7,288 nt of DNA from an archaeon (GTDB lineage: Archaea > Iainarchaeota > Iainarchaeia > Iainarchaeales > CSSED10-239). The stretch spans positions 1 through 7,288 of the forward strand of contig JBBABY010000017.1 in NCBI GenBank assembly GCA_041657425.1. Direction: 5' to 3'. Below, piece by piece: positions 4,378-7,288 of the stretch (positions are counted from its first letter, which is position 1; each line of letters begins with the position of its first letter). Position numbers and translations under genes: made by a program. The notes beneath the pieces are model-generated. The model did no database searches, was not told the DNA's origin, and saw nothing but the letters and a program-made list of their open reading frames with translations.

Positions 4378-5973
4378 TTAATTAAATTGTTCTTTTTCTA
4401 AATCTTCTAATTTTCTAAATAATATCTCTGGTTTATTTATTATTTTTGCTTTTGTATTAATTTCTAATTTTGTATTTGTAGTATTTAAGAACGAATTTAT
4501 TTTCTTACTTGATTCTGGAAGAATTGGCGAAAAGTAAATTGAAAGCAATCTTATTATTTCTAAACAATATGATAGAGAAGTTGTATCTCCTGACTTCCAA
4601 GGTTCTTTCTCATTTAGGTATCTATTTCCTAAATCTGAAAGTTTTAATAATTCATAAAGAGCAAATCTAAATTCACAATCATCATAGTATTTATCTATCT
4701 TTGCTACTGCTTCTAGAATTTCTTTTTCTATCTTCTCATCTCTTACTTTAATTTCTTGGACTTTTCCGTCTTGTTTTGTATAAATGAAATTAAGAACTCT
4801 ATTTACAAAGTTTCCATAATTACTTATTAATTCTTTATTTACTCTATCAAAGAAGTCATCAACCATAAACTCAGAATCCTTTGTTTCTGGCATTATGTAT
4901 GTTAAATAAAATCTCCAATACTCAATTGGAATATTACTTTCTATTGCTTTATCTGCAAATATTCCTATGCCTTTACTTTTTGAAAACTTTTGTTTTCCAA
5001 AATTCATATATTGTAATCCTACAACATTATATGGAAGAACTAATTTTCCTTGACCTATTATTTGACCTGGCCAGAAGATTGTGTGGAATGGAATATTGTC
5101 TTTACCTATGAAGTAATAAGTTTCTGTGGTTTTATCTTGCCATAACTTCTTTGCTTCTGCTTCTCCTAACAATTCTGCGGTGCCTGAAACATAACCAATT
5201 ACATTGTCAAACCAAACATAAAATACTTTATCTTCATAACCAGGAATAGGAATCTTTATTCCCCAGGTTAAATCTCTAGTTATGCATCTTTCTTGTATGC
5301 CTTGAGTTATCCAACCCTTGGCTAATGCTTTAACTTGTGATCTTAAATGAGGATTTTCATCAATCCATTTTTCTATATCTTTAGATAAATTTCTTAAATC
5401 TAGAAATAAATGCTTTGTATCCCTAAAAGAAATATCTTTAGTTTTACATACTGAACAATGTGGAGTAATTAAATCAATTGGATCAAGAACTGTTCCACAA
5501 CTTTCACATTGATCCCCACTTGCTTTATCATAATTACATTTTGGACAAGTACCTGTAATGTATCTATCTGCTAATCCTCTTTTACAACTATTACAATATG
5601 GGATCTTAATTATTTTTTCAGTAATGCACTTATTATTGTAAAGATCTAAAAAAAACTCTTGAACTAACTTATGATGAATCTCTCTAGATGTTCTTGAGAA
5701 ATTATCATAACTTATTAGAAATGAAGAATATAGATCTTTATGAATATCATAATAATAATCACAAATCTCTTTTGGAGTTACACCTTTTTGTTGAGCTGCA
5801 AATTCTGTTGCTGTACCGTGTTCGTCTGTTCCACCAACAAATATTACCTTGTGACCTTTCATTCTGGAATATCTTGCAAAAATATCTGCAGGTAAATGAC
5901 TTCCTACAATATTTCCTAAATGAGGAACATTATTTACGAATGGTAAAGCCGCAGTTATTATTCTTGTTTTCAT
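4378..5973 (-). CDS. metG: Methionyl-tRNA synthetase (catalytic core plus anticodon-binding domain, no C-terminal appended domain)
   Basis: The HIGH-class motif is PHLGNIVG and the KMSKS-class motif is KFSKSKG. The connective peptide carries four CxxC knuckles (C127/130, C143/146, C156/159, C173/176; nt 5446-5595). The WFDN...GY and FHTIFWP blocks are typical of MetRS. An SD-like GGAGT (5981-5985) lies 7 nt upstream of the ATG. Confidence 0.95.
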   Translation of the reverse strand: MKTRIITAALPFVNNVPHLGNIVGSHLPADIFARYSRMKGHKVIFVGGTDEHGTATEFAAQQKGVTPKEICDYYYDIHKDLYSSFLISYDNFSRTSREIHHKLVQEFFLDLYNNKCITEKIIKIPYCNSCKRGLADRYITGTCPKCNYDKASGDQCESCGTVLDPIDLITPHCSVCKTKDISFRDTKHLFLDLRNLSKDIEKWIDENPHLRSQVKALAKGWITQGIQERCITRDLTWGIKIPIPGYEDKVFYVWFDNVIGYVSGTAELLGEAEAKKLWQDKTTETYYFIGKDNIPFHTIFWPGQIIGQGKLVLPYNVVGLQYMNFGKQKFSKSKGIGIFADKAIESNIPIEYWRFYLTYIMPETKDSEFMVDDFFDRVNKELISNYGNFVNRVLNFIYTKQDGKVQEIKVRDEKIEKEILEAVAKIDKYYDDCEFRFALYELLKLSDLGNRYLNEKEPWKSGDTTSLSYCLEIIRLLSIYFSPILPESSKKINSFLNTTNTKLEINTKAKIINKPEILFRKLEDLEKEQFN

Positions 5974-6029
5974 ATTATTGACTCCAAATATTATATATTA
6001 GAAATAAAATATTTAAAAAAAGCTTGTAT
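5974..6029 (-). promoter_or_regulatory. Intergenic region with an oligo-T terminator for the upstream membrane-protein gene, fused to a TATA-like box and RBS for metG
   Basis: The minus strand reads TAA..caagcTTTTTTTAAATATTttatttctaatatataatatttGGAGTcaataatATG. It contains a T7 run (plus-strand 6015-6021), TTTAAATA-like and TATATAA-like boxes, and an SD-like GGAGT. Confidence 0.3.
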
Positions 6030-6704
6030 TTAAACAAACTTTAATTTAAAGAAAAATAAATAAGATAGAGACATCATTAGCATATAAAGCACTGCTTTAA
6101 TCATATTCCAGGCAATTAAGTAAATTAAATACATACTTCTAATTGATTCTGTTGCAAACATCTGAGTCATGAATGGCGAGAGGAATGTTAAATATGCAAT
6201 TACTGTTAATATTGATTCAACTATAAAAATTAAAAAAATTATTTTAAATATCCTTAACCAAGCAACCTTGAACTTCACATTGTGTTTTGCGGTACCTAAT
6301 CCCATATAGATTACTGAGGCAATATTTACACAAAACAAAACTATTGAAAAAGTCATAAAGAACAAACTATTTTTTGCAAAAGTTACATAATAAGGATTTA
6401 TATTACTATAGATTGCAAATTGTAAACAGAAATCAAGAATAATTGTAATTAATAAAATAACAAATGGAATCCATAAATAATTAAAATAACCAGTTTTAAA
6501 AAACATATCTTTGAAAAAATTAGATTTGTCAGGTGTTGTGATTTGATGCCTTTCATTAGCAGGAATTGTTTCTCTAACAAAACCGTTTCTGTTTAGTTTA
6601 TTTGTAATTTCCTTTCTTGTGTGCGGAGTTATCTTTTTTGTTCTTTGCACATTATTTGCAAATCTGTTATTTGGAAATTTATTTTGTCTTTTATTAGTTA
6701 CCAT
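6030..6704 (-). CDS. Integral membrane protein (224 aa, about 4 TM helices) with a long basic N-terminal tail; function unknown
   Basis: The first ~65 aa or so are rich in K, R and N (MVTNKRQNKFPNNRFANNVQRTKKITPHTRKEITNKLNRNGF...). Four long hydrophobic segments follow. An SD-like GTGAT lies 6 nt upstream of the ATG. The gene starts 36 nt downstream of the gatE-like stop. Confidence 0.65.
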   Translation of the reverse strand: MVTNKRQNKFPNNRFANNVQRTKKITPHTRKEITNKLNRNGFVRETIPANERHQITTPDKSNFFKDMFFKTGYFNYLWIPFVILLITIILDFCLQFAIYSNINPYYVTFAKNSLFFMTFSIVLFCVNIASVIYMGLGTAKHNVKFKVAWLRIFKIIFLIFIVESILTVIAYLTFLSPFMTQMFATESIRSMYLIYLIAWNMIKAVLYMLMMSLSYLFFFKLKFV

Positions 6705-6740
6705 TAAATATCACATTTATTTTATAGAATATTATGTTTA

Positions 6741-7288
6741 TTAAGCTTTTGGTTTTTGAGCTTTTAGAAATACCGATAATTCTTTATCAATTATCTCATT
6801 AATCTTATTTCCATCAACTAGCCCATTTGTTTTTGCCATTAATCTTCCCATTAACAACCCTTTTGATCTTTCTTGTAATTGATATATTTTTTCTTTATTT
6901 TCATCTAATACTTCTTTCATCATCTTATTAAGGTCCATTTTTTCTAAATCTTTAAACATACCTAAGATATCAATTATCTCTTCCATTGTGTTTTCAGAAT
7001 TATTAAATTCTAAATAAACATCAGAAAGCTTTGATTTTGGAATCTTGTTAAAATCTTTATATGAAAAGAATTCAAAAAGTCCTTCACTAGTTACATTCTC
7101 TAAATCTACTTTGCCATCTCTTGAAAGAGTAATCAATTCTTCTAAAAGGAAAACTGCAACTTGTGTTGGATTTAAAGTTGAATTTGATTTAATTATTTTT
7201 TCAAAAATAACTGCATAGTTATCTAGAACCATTTTATCTGACAACTGTTTACTTATCTTAAATTTATTTTCATAAAGCACTTTTCTCT
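6741..7288 (-). CDS. gatE: Glu-tRNA(Gln) amidotransferase subunit E (GatE) or GatB-family protein, C-terminal helical/YqeY-like tail part (N-terminus off the window)
   Basis: The frame is open to the window edge (...RKVLYENKF), and the GTG at 7280 is probably internal. The C-terminal block SKGLLMGRLMAKTNGLVDGNKINEIIDKEL matches the GatB_YqeY tail signature (G.LMG..M....G.ADGK.v.eil). The LSRDGKVDLENVTSEGLFEFF...KIPKSKL block resembles the GatE helical domain. I prefer GatE over GatB because of the DG in the tail motif, but this is not settled. Confidence 0.7.
   Translation of the reverse strand, partial: RKVLYENKFKISKQLSDKMVLDNYAVIFEKIIKSNSTLNPTQVAVFLLEELITLSRDGKVDLENVTSEGLFEFFSYKDFNKIPKSKLSDVYLEFNNSENTMEEIIDILGMFKDLEKMDLNKMMKEVLDENKEKIYQLQERSKGLLMGRLMAKTNGLVDGNKINEIIDKELSVFLKAQKPKA

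Noticed and set aside
4881-5111. 76-aa plus-strand ORF antisense to metG
   Set aside because: It lies entirely inside the strongly supported metG coding region. Its composition is hydrophobic and low-complexity, as is typical of antisense frames in AT-rich DNA.
5688-5981. 97-aa plus-strand ORF antisense to the metG 5' end
   Set aside because: The reasoning is the same as for the other antisense ORF in metG. It overlaps the conserved HIGH-motif region of metG on the opposite strand and has no motifs of its own.
1-7288. Search for CRISPR arrays, tandem repeats, IS or transposon ends, and integrase or defence-gene signatures
   Set aside because: Reading both strands by eye, I found no periodic direct repeats, long inverted terminal repeats or nuclease/ATPase defence-type ORFs. 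The only palindromes are short AT-rich hairpins consistent with terminators.

Overview
This is an AT-rich (roughly 30% GC by eye), tightly packed window that looks archaeal, most plausibly from a small-genome DPANN-like lineage. The archaeal call rests on four things. The TrpRS is the archaeal/eukaryotic type. The tRNA-Gln(CUG) has an A1:U72 first pair and no encoded CCA. There is a GatE/GatB-type amidotransferase tail. Oligo-T tracts and TATA-like AT boxes sit between genes. Most of the content is housekeeping and skewed toward translation: trpS (3' part), an NT5C-like HAD nucleotidase, tRNA-Gln, a CNNM/CorB-type DUF21-CBS Mg transporter, a HIT hydrolase, metG, and a gatE-like 3' part. I see no CRISPR array, transposase, integrase, recognisable defence system or long repeat. 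Five stretches are not explained by housekeeping functions: (1) a two-gene cassette 21 nt downstream of the tRNA, made of a 79-aa Cys/His zinc-finger-like protein and a 155-aa protein whose N-terminus carries a D-x-H-x6-E spacing like the T4 endonuclease V active-site region; (2) a 58-aa two-TM micro-ORF, absent from the ORF track, wedged between metG and the HIT gene; (3) an orphan 166-aa ORF with its own promoter-like and terminator-like signals; (4) a 4-TM protein with a long basic N-terminal tail downstream of gatE; (5) a C-x23-C-x6-C-x2-C motif in the TrpRS anticodon-binding region, which suggests an Fe-S cluster. All functional calls come from motif recognition by eye and need profile searches to confirm.
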